64,000 nt of DNA from Cercozoa sp. M6MM. Lineage: Eukaryota > Protista > Endomyxa: Ascetosporea. Position numbers and translations under genes: made by a program. Numbering within the stretch: position 1 is the stretch's first letter; each line of letters opens with the position of its first letter. The stretch is from the NCBI GenBank assembly GCA_040357565.1, contig JBDODJ010000045.1; one strand, 5' to 3'. The notes below the pieces were generated by a model. It saw nothing but the letters and a program-made list of their open reading frames with translations. It was not told where the DNA came from and did not search any database. Positions 41,089-54,560 of this stretch are shown here, piece by piece.

Positions 41089-41778
41089 ACATATATACAC
41101 ATACACACACACACATCTCCTATTTCCCTGCATAATTGTGTTTTCCTGTGGCACAGTGGAGGGTAAGCACGGCCGTGTTCAAACGCAGTGTGTCGCAACT
41201 CGATAAGGACGCCGATCATGGTACTCTTTGTTCCTCTGCACTTTACCCTTACACATTACACCCCCCCCCCCCCCAGGTCTCGAACTGCGCTTTGATGAGT
41301 GCGTCACTGTCGACGGTCAAGTGCTACTGTCGCAGTGGGTACTCTTTCCGTTCTGTTACCTTTTTACGTCGCTCCCTTTGGGGTGGTCTCTGTTTAACTC
41401 TTGTGTTTCCGCAGTGCAACACAGTGCACCTGCTCAAGTTCTCGAGTCAGCAGGAGATGCAGGAGTGGTTTGACGCCGTGCAGAACCGCCGCACTCTTGC
41501 TGTGCAGAAGGGTAGTCCTCTCCCCTCTTATCTCTTTGTCTTGCGTGCTCTTGTCTCACTGCTCGTGTCTTATCTCAGAGGAAGACCGCATTCGCGCCAT
41601 CCGAGGTGCCTTCTGTCCCACACATGTCTATGTCTGTGTCTGTGTCTGTGTCTGTGTCTGTGTCTGTGTCTGTGTCTGTGTCTGTGTCTGTGTGTGTGTC
41701 TGTGTGGGTTTCGATTCTGTCTTTGTGCATTGTTTTCGCTGCTCTGTAGCTGACTTCAAGAAGCGCCTGCAAACGTGA
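38839..41778 (+). CDS. Protein with an acidic N-terminus, a TH1/PH-like domain and a C-terminal PH domain, multi-exon
   Basis: Glu/Thr-rich exon; KRALVLTDLALYLF..QIPLATIRVVS; WRRVYLALYTQRLRIF...LLKFSSQQEMQEWFDAV. Confidence 0.7.
40979..41113. repeat. (CA)n intronic microsatellite with a 10-N gap
   Basis: Directly visible. Confidence 0.95.
41624..41705. repeat. (TGTGTC)n hexamer microsatellite in an intron
   Basis: Directly visible. Confidence 0.92.
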
Positions 41779-42137
41779 GCCGACCCCTTCGCTCTACGTG
41801 CGTTGTTCGTCAAGTCGAGCGGTTGCGTAGCATTTACAACTTTACTGTACTACGCTATCGTGCATACGATACGACAGTACGTATACATTTGCGTCGCTTG
41901 CTATGGCCAACGCATGCCACTCTCAGCCGGGCACTTTCAGCGTAGTAGACTGCGCTGAAAGGCTCTCCTTTGTCGATGTCCCGGTAGAGGACGACTATGT
42001 CGCACGGAGAGAGGCATACGCCGGCAGGAGCGTGAGACTCTCGCAAGCCATCTCTCGGAAGGATGAACCACGCGCCTCGGACTGAAGTAACTACACTGCG
42101 CTGAACTAACAAAGTACGTCGGTTAGCAGCTAGCGTA

Positions 42138-42279
42138 GGACTGGTACAGGGAAATACAGAATTGGTTTCTTCAGATAGTAGACCGAGCTAACTACGGACC
42201 AACCTTGAAGAACTGAAGGAGCCCTGGGAACTTCCAAAGGGGAACTACATACAGTATTGGTACTTAGTAGACTGAACTG
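42138..42279 (-). repeat. Dispersed short element, copy C (two rearranged partial units) between 9-bp direct repeats
   Basis: Reverse complement contains AGTTCAGTCTA..ATGTAGTT-CCCCTTTGGAAGTTCCCAG..TTCTTCAAGGTTGGT, then AGTTAGCTCGGTCTA..AAGAAAC..GTACCAGTCCT; GCTAGCGTA at 42129-42137 and 42280-42288. Confidence 0.7.
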
Positions 42280-42333
42280 GCTAGCGTACTGTAGGCTGGT
42301 AGCGCGGCGTCGTAGGTTTAGTTCAGTCTGGAT

Positions 42334-44285
42334 CTACTCAACAGCGACAGCGCTCGTACTCTCACAGCAGCAACAGCACGCACGACGCCACAGCGAGCGA
42401 TGAAGCCGCGCTTCGAGTCGGAAGGTGTCTTTACAGGCGATGTGCGGCACGTGACATGTTGCTTCAAATGTCGCATACACCGGACGGTGGTCACTCACGC
42501 GAATCGACGGCACGCTACACCATTTCACCATCTGACAAACTAAAGGGATCAAAGAGCTTGCTGTACCTCGTATATTGCAGCAGCTTGAGGACGGGAAGAG
42601 CGTCGCTCTTGTTCCGATACAAGACTCGATCGGTCCAACCGGGGACCCTCCTTTTGCTGCTGCTGTCGTAGGTGTCACTGTCAGGGTCGAACTTGTAGGT
42701 CGGTGCAAAAGAGAGTGGGCCCTCCTGAAAGCTCGTGAAGGCGAGACCGTGCTCGCGTTGGTGCGAGAGCTGGTCGTTGGCACGCAGCACTTCCATCATG
42801 CCGCGTTCGATCAGGTGATCGACGGCACCTCGATTTCCTGCAATTCGTGTACATAGTAAATTGAGCGCAACCTTCCAATCATTTAGACAATAACAAGAAA
42901 ACGACACTGTACCATTGATGCGATAGTTGAGGTCGCCCGTCCATATTACTGCATCGAAGCGTTCCATGACGACGGAAGTTGACACCGTGTCATTTACCGG
43001 GTGCACCTGTAAGCAGCCTCGCCGCTGTTCAGTTTGATCAAACTCCGCAAATCGTAGGGAAGTGTACCTTCTTGCTGCCTCCGCGTAAGACAGAGATTCT
43101 GGAGACAGTAACACGTGACCTCCTAGGCGACTCTGCTCTCCTTTGAATAAGTGGAAACTCCTCAAGCAGGCACGGAGTCGAATACCTGCTCGAAAGAAGT
43201 TCTCGGGCACTCTTAACTGTCGCATGATGGCGTAACACTCCGCATTGCGACGTCTCACGTGTTTCGCTCCCTGGTTTAGGGCATAGGGGTATTGGGAGCT
43301 TCTAGACGATGGTTTGAAGTACTTACATGGTGCGCGTGCAAATGACTGTTCAGCACGAGGAACCTGGCAAGAGAACATACGTCAACTGAACCTGCCAGTC
43401 GCACGTATACAAGGCATGTTTACCTCGTTCCACAGAGGTGTAGGGCACAATACACGGCGCCTTTGTTTCCCAATTTCACTCCCTTTTCATGCGGTTTGTG
43501 CACTGCACTCAATGCACACTTAGCATTGGAGCAGGCATGATAGAGTATGCGTCGATGAATGTACAAGCGCCTGTGGCGACAGTGCCCGTGTGCACGGCAG
43601 CGAGAAAAGGCAGGAGTGACCTCCTTACGAACACGCTCAGGTGGATGGCCACGAGCGTGACGCTTGCGACTTGGTGCAACTCGTCGTCCGTTCTTCCTCG
43701 TTCGTAAGACACTGCCCGTAGCTCGCGCAACAGATGCTTCTGTTCACAGTCGACTATACATTTAGGAGGAACAAAGAAATGAGAGGGAAGCGGACTGCAC
43801 CTCCCATCGTCGTTTACTGAGCTTGAAAAACGAACCTCGAATACTGCGCTGACACTCTTGCGTGCCAACGCACACGACGTCGCACGATCCCGCTAAGTTT
43901 GCCACATCATTGCACCATTTGGCAGTGGGGACTGATACAGATGCAATCTTTGCTACCCTCAACCAGCCACGGGCGCATGTTTGTGAGTTCGCCGTTTTGC
44001 CTTTCCTTTGTTACATCGATCCCGTGTACATTCCATGTCCTATGCGCAAACAACTGAAATGGGTAAGTAATGCGGAGATACAAACACTGCTGCCATGTCA
44101 TGAAGGCGAGGAATTAGGGGATCGGAGAACATAACTCACCCTGTCCATATTCGAAGCAACCGCGACGTGACCGTCGAGTCGTGAGTTGAAGAAACTGTCG
44201 TTCCCGTTTCCTGTGTTGGGCGGGAGCCTTGCTCAAACTCCACCCCGCCAGGAATTCGGACCGGAGCGATGCGTACGCGCCTCAT
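42334..44285 (-). CDS. Inositol polyphosphate 5-phosphatase (INPP5E-like), multi-exon
   Basis: LRIWTGTWNV, VCVGTQE, GNKGAV, LNSHLHAH, WTGDLNYRI, FAPTYKFD, PGWTDRVLY, SDHRPV; C-terminal CCCCC. Confidence 0.9.
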
Positions 44286-44483
44286 TTCTGGGCTACAGTA
44301 CCTGCTGTCGCGTTTTAAAGGATATGTGGCTGTATATTCAGTATCCCAAGGCTTTCAAGTTTGTTTTTCACAAACTTCCGCGCTGAGTCACCCCCGAGGG
44401 AAATAAACTGAAACTTGAACATTGCATTTTCGATTCTATTGGAAGAGGTCGTTGAATTCGCGTTCAATTTGCTTCGCGGGCTG

Positions 44484-46141
44484 CTACAATCGATTTAGAG
44501 CCTTTTCCTCGGTCGGACGAAATCCAATCATTTCGTAAGTGAGATGGTGCTCCTGCATCGTATCCTCGAGCAGGCGACACGCGGTCCGATAGCGGTCTTT
44601 CATTGCACAGATTGTGTGAGTCAGTGCCGTGATTTTCTCTTCCTTGACGGTGCAAATCTCTTTGAACCGACGCGCTGATAGCACTGCTTCGCAGAGCCGC
44701 TTTCCTAGTTTTTCAAACAGTTCAGGCGGAGGTCCAGTCAGTTGCTGCTCAAACTCATCTGCCGGCTGTTCTCCAACGACGTCTTCTTGTGGTTTTCGTG
44801 ATTGTTCTTCGTCTCGCCAATTTAGCACTAGTCGTTCAACCACTTCGCGGAGCAGTAAATCCTGTGTCTCCAGTTCGTTGCTGATCTGCGAGACACGCCG
44901 CTCAAGAATCAAGTGCTCGAGACCTTCCTTGCGTTGCTTCTCAAGCACGTGTTTGGACAGTGCTGTCTCCTGCCGTTCCTGAGAAATTAAAAGCAAATCA
45001 CTCATCGCCAGTAGTGATTCAGTGAATCTTCCATATAGTAAATTACCAGCGAGCTTCTGACTTCGTCGCCTTGTTGTGTCAGCACCTCGTTTAGCCATCG
45101 TAACGTTTCGGCCTTCCCGTTCAAGGTCTCGGAGCGAGCGGTTGCAACCTTTAACTGGGCTCGAAGTTGAATGTAGTCTGTTTGTTTTTCCTCCATAAGC
45201 TTCACGCTTTCAATGAAGTTGCGCAAAGGCTCGCTGAGGGAGCGATTCTTCCGTATGGCTCTCCGAAGCTGACGGTCTTTTGTGGCACACCTTGCCTGAG
45301 CCTCCGCAACGTCGTTCTTCAGCGACTTGATTAGCTCCAAGTTCGAGTGCGTCACGTCGGTGAAGTAATGCTTCATATCTAACAACGACCGTTTGTGAGA
45401 GTCTAAAAGGTCTCGCACCCGATGTTGCTTTTCTGTTTCGACTTGGAGCACAATCTAAATTACAGACACTGTACATTCACACTGAACTCAAAAGTCAGCG
45501 GAAATCAAGTACGATACCTCTCTGCGTTGCTCGTCGCAAGCGGCTCTCAAGTCAGCGCATCTTTCAGCATGGCGAGCGATCAAAGCTCTCTGCCGTTGCA
45601 TTGCCTCTCCTCGGATGGCATGCAAGGCACGAGCTTGCTCGAACCTTAAGCGCCACTCTACCCGTAAGCTGTCTATGGTTGTACGTGTCGCCGATGCACG
45701 TACCACCTCGGTGTCACGAGCTGTTTCCGCACTGAGAAGATCGTGCTCGCGGGCGCGGTTGAAGAGGCGAAGCACCGCCTTTTCGCATCGCTGAGCAAGT
45801 GTGCGCTCCTTTTCGCGTTCTTCTTCGCGAACGCCACACTTTAACTCATCCAGAGCCATCTCGTCTGCCATCTGTGAATCTCGCAGTTCATGCAACGAAT
45901 TTCTCACTTCCTCGAGCAGTGTTGCGCTGCGATCTCGCTCTAGTGTCCACAGCTCCAACGCCCTGTCGCGTTCCGCCTCGAACGTCACAAGTGCAGACCG
46001 CTCACCCTCGAGCTGCTGTTGCAGTGTGCGTGCAGTTTCGCGAAGCTTCGCGGCGACTTCGCTCACATCTCGCTCGGGGCTTTGACTTGTCGGTACCGAA
46101 GGCTTCGCTTTCTCTGCCGCCCGGCGTCGACGAGGAGGCAT
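44484..46141 (-). CDS. GAS8: Dynein regulatory complex subunit 4 (GAS8), apparently 2 introns
   Basis: MPPRRR start, long coiled coil, HKRSLLDMKHYFTDVTHSNLELIKSLK, NRSLSEPL, LILERR, C-terminal IGFRP. Confidence 0.82.
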
Positions 46142-46728
46142 GTCTCTGCTTTTTGTGCGGACAAATGATCGTCGCTGAAACCACGAGCGGTCAGTATTTG
46201 CGCAGTTAGTTTGGTGCTTCTAGTAGGCCTGACTGAGATTGAGCAAGTTCACGCAAAGTGGAACCTTGATTATTTGGGGTTTCAATCCAGATGTCGGCGA
46301 AACTCTCGCGTCAACACACAACTTGACTTGGATGGATAGACGTGCGCTGCCAGCGTAGAAGGTGGTTAGGATTATACTGTACGACATGCACGCACAGCGA
46401 GGATCGTGTGACCGTGACTCACTTCATGTTCAGTTGAACAAAAATAAAAAACGTATGCGAGGAATGTAGTCGGATCCAACGAGCCGACTCATCGTCATGC
46501 GATGGATGCGATGGATCGACGAATGACTAGATTGATTCAGTTTTCAGTTTCGTTTTTCGAGTCCGTCGATAGCGAGTTCGTTTGTTTCAGTTCGATACGA
46601 GAAAATAAAACGAGCAAAAAGTTCTCGTCTGATTCTTCACAACGAGAGCAGCGTCACCGATAGCATTGCGTCTTACCAATTGCACACACCTTACTCTGGC
46701 TCGCCCGTTTTGTTTCTCTATCTCTTTT

Positions 46729-48016
46729 CTAGCAGCCAACAAACTCAGCCACAAGCATGCTGGTGTCGCGATGGCGCATGCTTCAAAAACAACGCACGGC
46801 ATTCAGCGATGTAGTTTTTGGGGGAGAAAAGTGACAGATTCTTTACCCACATTGGTCCAAAGCGTCGGCGATGACCGCTCGTCGCTTCTTGAGCTCGCCA
46901 TCGACCAGCGCGCGCACTTGCGGACTCAAGCGGTCCCACATCGTTCGAATGCTGTCATGTACAGATGGTCACACTAAATGTGCCGCACAGTACACCAAAA
47001 AAGTGTGAGCACATACATGGGAGCAGGCTCACTCAATCGAATACCCGTGCCTTGCACTCGAGTCGATCGAGCCTATCGGAGGAGAAGCTTGTGCCGATGA
47101 GAAGAGGTGTCGAAAGTTCTACCTCTTCGATGGGCACACCTGCCTCCAACAGTAGTTTTGTGCATTCAGTCGAGCCGTCTTTGAGTGCGATAAATAGACT
47201 GAGTGAACACAACAGATGAATGGGGGGGGGGGCAGACACACAAGGACAAACACAACAAAGTACGGATTATCGTTCCAGCCGCCATATCCGATCAGTTGGA
47301 ACATTGGCATGTCTGTTGCATTAGGATGTACTGAACATCTCGTGAGTCAATCAATGCATTGATACCACACTTGACAACCAGAGGCACGCATTTTAGAATC
47401 TCTTCCAGTGCCGTTGCTGCACAAAAACACATAATCCCATAAACGCATGTACTGAGATGCAGAGAGAGTACTGTCTCGGTATCGTGTCGCCATCATCATC
47501 AAATTCAAGACATGTTCGCTGCCTGTTAGAGCAGAGATGCGTGCTGCACAAGTCAAGCAACACAGAAGGCGAATACCAAGTGTCTCATTGCGCAGCTCTT
47601 GCTGCAGCCACCGGACAAACTGCTGCGTTCGACCAGTCGACAGTTGTTCTACGCACACACTCTCATCGACTGTAGCAAAATACAATAATCACAAAAGGGC
47701 ACCCATTGGCGGAGCGGTCGCTTTCATCGGCGCCCGTCGACATTGCTCCTTACGTTGCTTCCTTCTGTGGTAGGTAGGCATGCATGCTCCATGCTAAACT
47801 GTGCTTGTGTTAGAGTTTGGGCAGCTTACAGCTCGCGTAGCCAGTAAACAGCAATTGAAGTGACAGCAACGGCCGTCACGGCACTCGCCACGTATAGTTT
47901 CCTGCCGGGACATGCAAAAAAAAAAAGAATAACACAACAACAAAAACAACGAACGTTCCGGCAACGTTCAGACATATCGACTCAGAAACCAAACCAACAA
48001 AATTGTACGAGGTCAT
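46729..48016 (-). CDS. Ankyrin-repeat protein with an N-terminal TM anchor (3' splicing uncertain)
   Basis: MTSKLYVASAVTAVAVTSIAVYWL; NPLFIALKDGSTECTKLLLEAGVPIE. Confidence 0.5.
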
Positions 48017-48179
48017 TCGACCGTTAGAGTATGTGATGTACTCAGAAACAAGACCGATGCAGTGATCAGCGTAGCTGGCATCGCTTTTTAGGGCCTCGGC
48101 TCAATCGGCTCGGTGCACGAAGCCGCTGACAGGACCGGACATAAAGCTGCTGACCAAACAGCAAAGAAGAAGTCCGAAA

Positions 48180-49987
48180 ATGTGCGCACCAAAAGAGTAC
48201 TCGTATCGAGACCGGGTGGTGCACAAACACCGTGTGATTATGACGTACACTCGTGTCGAGGCACCACTTACACGCAAACGGCACATGCGAGTTCTTCTGC
48301 TTTCGCTACTTCTCTCGATATCGGCTGTCAGCAGGTGCACATCAACCTGCCAAAGTTTATCCCAGTTGCTTTGTCGCTCTCAATTTCTGTCTTAGCTCGC
48401 TATACGCCGGTAGCACGCTCGACAACTTCGTTGAAAATGGGTTGATGCAGGGTCCTCTTCCGACGGAGAGCCCGGAGTGTATATTTTAACAATACAACTC
48501 TGTGCTGGTGAAGTTGTTGTGTTGAGGTAGTCATGAAAGCGAACGCTCCGTCGAACCTGCACCATGAGCTGCAAAGTTGCTTTGAAGCTACAGAAGAGTT
48601 AGACGTATCCAAACTGCCGCCACACCCATGCTTCCTTCTGTTTCGTAGCCCTCCCAACAACATCATGCTGGGCACATGCCGACTGACGCAGACTTGACAC
48701 CTTGTAGGAGATGTCAGTGTACCAGAAGCGAAGTCGGTGTTGCGGGGTGCGCACGAAGCGCATTATGACATGTGGAACGCCCACGTGCCTTGGTCTGCAC
48801 TCTCTGTGAAGTACCAGCATCCAGACAAAAATCACTGGAGCGAGCTATCCGTCACTCATCAGTATGCAATGTTGGACCAGGAACACGGAGGCGCAGGTTC
48901 CATTAGACTTGTTGAAGTTTGCGTTCGTGGACGTGCAAGACCACACAGACTCCGAACTAACGCCAGCAGCAACCCAACCCATCGAAATACCCTTTTGCAA
49001 GTCAACACGCGTCGAATCGGAAACAATGCCCATGTCGCCCAAGGACCTTTTGGAGGTCGAATTCTTCGAACAAGAGGATTCAAAGGTGCTGTGAAACTTG
49101 CGTTTTTGTCAGCGTCAGACCTAGGATGAGATTCGTAGACTTTGCTCATCCGCGCTGATGGAACATCTGAGATATCGACGACAAAACGGACTAAGTTGCG
49201 ACTGGTGCCATCGCCTCCTCCTCCGTCTTTGGCTTTAGAGAGAGAGGATCTGGAGGTGTCCTCGGATAGTGACAGTTCCGACACCAGTTCCGACACTGAC
49301 GACGATGTACCAGCTGGTGCTTTCGACTATAAACTGTATCGATAAACATCTGTTTTTTTTTGCAGACGCACACGTAGTCACAATCACCTTCGACTTGGAC
49401 GAGACTCTCATTTCGCAAGTGTGGAGTACTGATACGACCTGGGTATTTCACAGTTGGGCACATCCTCTAGATCCGAGTTCAGGTAAAACATATGCGCTGA
49501 GCAGTTCTCGACCATGGATAAGGGAACGCTGCGGCGTGGTGCGAGTGTGGTTGGGACGGTACCTTATATTCTCTCAATAGCAGCCGAGAAAAGAGGTACA
49601 TTTTTTTGTCGAGAAGGCGCATCCAGGAAACGAAGGTATGTGTGTTGTTACTTAGTTGGCACGCACTTCTGGCTTAAAATCAACGACGGCGATTTTGCCT
49701 TTGTCGCAGTCAGATCGGTTTGTTGCGTACGCTACTGTCAGCGTACCGATTTTTCACCTTTCACTTGTATAGGGCGTAATCGAAATGCTGGCCGACTTGC
49801 TGATGCTGCAACAGCGACTTCAACACACGCACGGTAGCACTGGAGTGATCCGCATTTCTTCGCACGCTCGAGGATAAATTTGCGTGTGTAAACTGAGCGC
49901 AGTATCGCTGGAACTTACGATCAACACGCGTGCTGCTCGTGAAGGAGCACGCGTCATCGCTTTTGCACTGGTATCGCTGTCTTTTAT

Positions 49988-50066
<79 letters not shown>

Positions 50067-50167
50067 NNNNNNNNNNNNNNNNNNNNNNNNNNNNNNNNNN
50101 NNNNNNNNNNNNNNNNNNNNNNNNNNNNNNNNNNNNNNNNNNNNNNNNNNNNNNNNNNNNNNNNNNT

Positions 50168-50214
<47 letters not shown>

Positions 50215-51650
50215 TGCACACACACAAAGGAAGCACTAACGAAACGCTTCCTGATCGACCGAGGACACAACGAATTTGTATCTTAAAATCATGTAATGGC
50301 ATACTGTATTTGCTGAACATTTACCTCTCGAGATAGGCGAGTATGGAGACGAGTATGTGGCACTTTGTTGCGTCGCGTTTCGGCCGTCCTCGCGTCATTG
50401 ACAATGTAAAGTCGACTAAATTTAGTGTTACCGTGTGTGTTGAGACTTTTTATATCTAATGGATACAGAAGCGACTGCCACAGCATTACAGTGCTCGCGA
50501 TGTCATCATTGTCGATGATTACCGGTGCAAAACAACTTAGTTTGCCGTGTCATGCGACAACAAAACACGTGCATACGTAGCACCATTTGGAGCTTTATGA
50601 TGCGTCCGCATTCCTGCGAAACAGTCGATGACTTTGGTGACATGGATCTTGGCGAGACGCACTCCTTGGCACGTCGCGTGTTAGAGCTGACGCGCGCTGC
50701 AGTGCACCGACGTTGGCAGCTGCAAGTTTCGCCCAACATCACCTTCCTCAACGTAAGTTTAAATAAATCGCAATGCTGTATATGCCAGGGTTACTTTCAA
50801 CTCACTGTATGTTGCAATTTTGTGTAAATTTAGAACTCCGCGTTTAATCTTTGCGAAGAGTAAGCTGAACAAGCACTTCGCCGAGTGCACGGCCGAATGG
50901 AAAAGCTAACAGTAACACGCGCAAGTTCCGTTCTGGTTTGCCGAGGTTCTGCGGGCGGCAGTTTAGTTCATTAACAGTGCAGATGTAGTACAATGTGATC
51001 TTCACTCTGCCTTTCAAACAGCAGTGCCACTCTGTGCACACAAACAGTTCAACTACTTCAACACATCACCAAAAGCACCTTCATTCATTCAACTACATCC
51101 GAGTCTTTTCATTCATTGCCGTTGCGGCAAAAACTGCCTGTAGGCGTGAATACGGTAAGGGAACGTACTCAAGCAGTTCGCGCAGTTGGGTAGGCGTCTT
51201 TCGCAGCCATGACGCCGTCCGTAAGGTCAGTTCGGCCACACTGCCATGTTTTGTGAATAATTCAAAGGCACTGGGATGTGTACTGTTGAATGTTGCCTCC
51301 TGGTTACTGAATGTACAAAGGAAGACACCTGGACAATCGAGGTGCCGTCACTGACAAGTCTGTTTATCGGACAGTTCATTTACACCGATATGCAGGGATA
51401 AAAGGTGTCACCGTCAGAGTCAGTGCATCCTAGGGACCACGAGGGTGGCATCGATCGCATCAATGACTTTGCTCTACTTCGCTTCTGCAGAGTATTGGTC
51501 CACACCATGTCGGGAGACACGAGAATTAGAGCAAAGTCTTACACGGCGGCCGAAGCGACGACGTCGCGTTTCGCGATTGACGCGACGGCATGTTTCCGCA
51601 CTCAGACCTTCAATGAGGCAAGGAAAAAGAGGAGGCAATATCATGAGTCA
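48180..51650 (+). CDS. FCP1/SCP-like (NIF, HAD superfamily) phosphatase, divergent, multi-exon; ends uncertain
   Basis: TITFDLDETLI (DxDxT), GVIEML, LELTINTRAAREGARVI, DVIIVDD, in the correct order. Confidence 0.65.
49989..50225. repeat. (CA)n intronic microsatellite spanning a ~100-N gap
   Basis: Directly visible. Confidence 0.95.
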
Positions 51651-54560
51651 CAACAAAGATGAGACTGTCAGAGTAGGCGCAGGTGGAGTGTTGTAGGTAC
51701 GAAAAGATGGCGTGGCAGCGGCGTGACATGCGTCGAACTGACGAGCCAAACAGCTACGTTGCTGCGACGTTGGTGACACTCGGAGAGCTTTGCTACAAAC
51801 TCTTAAAGGTACAGTGTCTTTTTTGATCTAAAACTCCCCTTATATCACCCCACTTATCTTACCCCCCCTTGAAAAAACATATACAGGTGCCGATGCAGGT
51901 GCGCAACGTTACGACGTCGCAACAAGAGTTTTCGCAAGAGAGGGCCGCACCGATCGCGCCACGTGGCACAAGTACTACTTTCAAAGAGCACATGTTCAAC
52001 CGACATTACTATCATGAAGTGAGCTACATACATGTTCAACGAGTAAAGATTCGCAGCATCAGCAATGAGAAAGGCAGGTGCTGTCGTGCCTGTTTTTTGG
52101 TTTTAGTTTTTTATTTGCAAAAGCACCAAAGCAGTATCAGAGCTACCCGAGGCCAATTGGTATGCTACCATGCCCTATCATATTTACCATGTCCAAAGAA
52201 CAGTTTGGGAAAGATATAACCCTTTGCTGGTACCAAGAACCACGAGTCACAGCGTTCCAGATCGCACTCGCTGTCCTCCTCGTGAGTCGTGGAGTGCAGA
52301 GACTCTGGCGGCATGTAAAATAACTGCGAAGCGTCGCCCGGCACGGCATGAAAGGGCGCCGAGCATACACCGTGCACGAAGAACAGACCGTAATCGCAGT
52401 AGCTTCTAATCTTGGCTTTTGTAGCTTTGTACACTGTCAGCTATATTGCACATTAGAGAAAAGATGCATGTGTAGTTTTCATGAAGTATGGCACAGTGGA
52501 AGTGTCGCACAGCACGGGTCGAAAGGAGTCGCACAGCGCGAAATGCACTGTCCGCAGACTGCCATGAGCAAAGACTCCTGCAGACGGGGAGCGAAAGGGG
52601 TATAGGGGGCAACAACGCATAGATGGAGCGTACCATTGGCGTGCAGTGTAGCGACAATGTCAGTCACTTTGTACAACAAGGTCAGACTCGTTCGGCACCT
52701 GCCCGAGTCTTCGTTGGGCACATTGACGGGAGAAACGCTGTCCATCAGATCGCGCAGTGTGCCATGTGCGTCGCACGCGAGCACCACCATGGCACCTGTG
52801 CATGTCGTCATATCTGGGGTGGGTGGGGGGAGGGGGACACGCTACTACCATGTGCAATGCGACTGTGTGTGAGAATCATCGGCACAACGGCGGTTGACTC
52901 CAGATATTGCATCACTCCAATGTCGTGCTGGTATTGTCGCTTTCGCCTGTCGTAGCAATACCTGGTTCTGCCAAAACAAGAGGATTAAAGTGTAGTATTA
53001 ATCGTTGCTGATTTAAAAATAAAACGCACATGTAGGGTGTGTTCTCATTGCCATCCGTTTGTAGATGGACCGAGTGTGCGCGAATCTTGCTCAGCAACTT
53101 GGCGGCACCTGTCTCGTCGACTGAGACTCACGTCAATACTAAGGGATAAAACACTGCGATAGGAATGCGGTACAGTGCCACAGCTTCACCGTCGCACGGA
53201 GGCCTGACATGTGGTTAATCGCACTGTGCAGAGTCCTAAATTTACATGCTGTGAATTTTTAATACCGTGTACCACGGTTCCTGTAAATTAGCAAACTGAA
53301 GTGAACACTCCATTACCAGGTCCAGGAAGCATCGCTTCTACCTATCGCACGTGTGTGCACCAGCCACTGTGCCACACGTGACCATTCCTCTGCCCATAGT
53401 ACGAAAAGTCAGCATTTATACAATTACGGTGGAGGGAGAATGGAAGAACGCTACTGTTGCTGTCGGTACTGTCCAGTGTCTCATCATGGCTACAGGGTTT
53501 CCTGTTCACTCGCCTCAGCAGCAGTATGCAGGCCAGCAACAGAGGTACGCACACAGTCCACGCGCTAACACGAAAGCTCTACAAGAAATACAGGACACAC
53601 GTATCTGACAGTGGAGGCGAGGGGACCTCAATTCGAACCTCGACATTAACTCGCTCCAACGGCACAACAGGCGCACCCACAGGCACTTGATGCAGTGGCA
53701 CTGCTTCGTTTGGTTTCTTGAAAGACAACTCAGGCGACAAGGGCATCGTTAGCGGCGCGATTGGCAGTGGCGTCAAGGAGCTGCTGTCGCTATCGTTGAT
53801 TTCGATGTCGCTGTAGACACCTTCTTCATCGTCCCACAGTGATGGGATACACGCGGACACGTCCGATATCGATGTCAATGACTCTCTGAAGTGCCATAAA
53901 ACTTACATAAGTTTACAACAACACGTTGTGTAACTAGGAGACTGTTCAAGTTGCTGCAGACTAACCTGGAGTATGATGAAAGTGACGTCGATGTTGTGTC
54001 TATCTGCACCAATGGAAGCCAAAGAACGCTTTAGTGGGATAAAAGGCATCCATATAACGGCAGATTGTACGGTGTAAGTTGAAGACGATGTCTCCCACAT
54101 CGTGTGATATTCTTCGCTCTCTAGTTCGTCTACTTGGTCACAGTTTAGAGCTCTCTGCCATACCATCGACCACTATTCGTGAGCTTGGCAAAATTACCAA
54201 GGAAGCAGAGGCAAAATTCCGATAGGTCTGTCCCGCAGAGAATGGACCTATCGAGAGTTGATGTAAGGGTACAAAAATATCTAACAACAAGTCAGATTCC
54301 CGGGAAAGAGAATATTCAGTTGGCACAGGTGGTGGCTAGCGCAAAATGCGTGACGTTCTTCAAAGCTGCCGTCGCTGCTGCTCTCGACGTCATTGTCCCA
54401 CTGCAGCATTTGGTTACAGTGTAATTCTCAGCATAAAAGTGCAGTGGGGAACGGAAGCTGGTAGCCAGGTACAACAAGAGAAGGCGGTCCGCCAGACAGG
54501 CGCGAATGTGGTCGCTTAAATTTATAATCGAAGGTGCAGCTATCGCTCGCCTCCATTATT
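51650..54560 (-). CDS. Receptor-like pseudokinase (ectodomain + TM + degenerate kinase domain); ends uncertain
   Basis: TM-like CVPLLLACILLLRR; spliced kinase subdomains GTLRDLM, VATLHANGVFAHGSLRTVHFALCDSFRPVLCDTS, FYMPPE, CDSWFLGMVAYQLASG. Confidence 0.6.
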
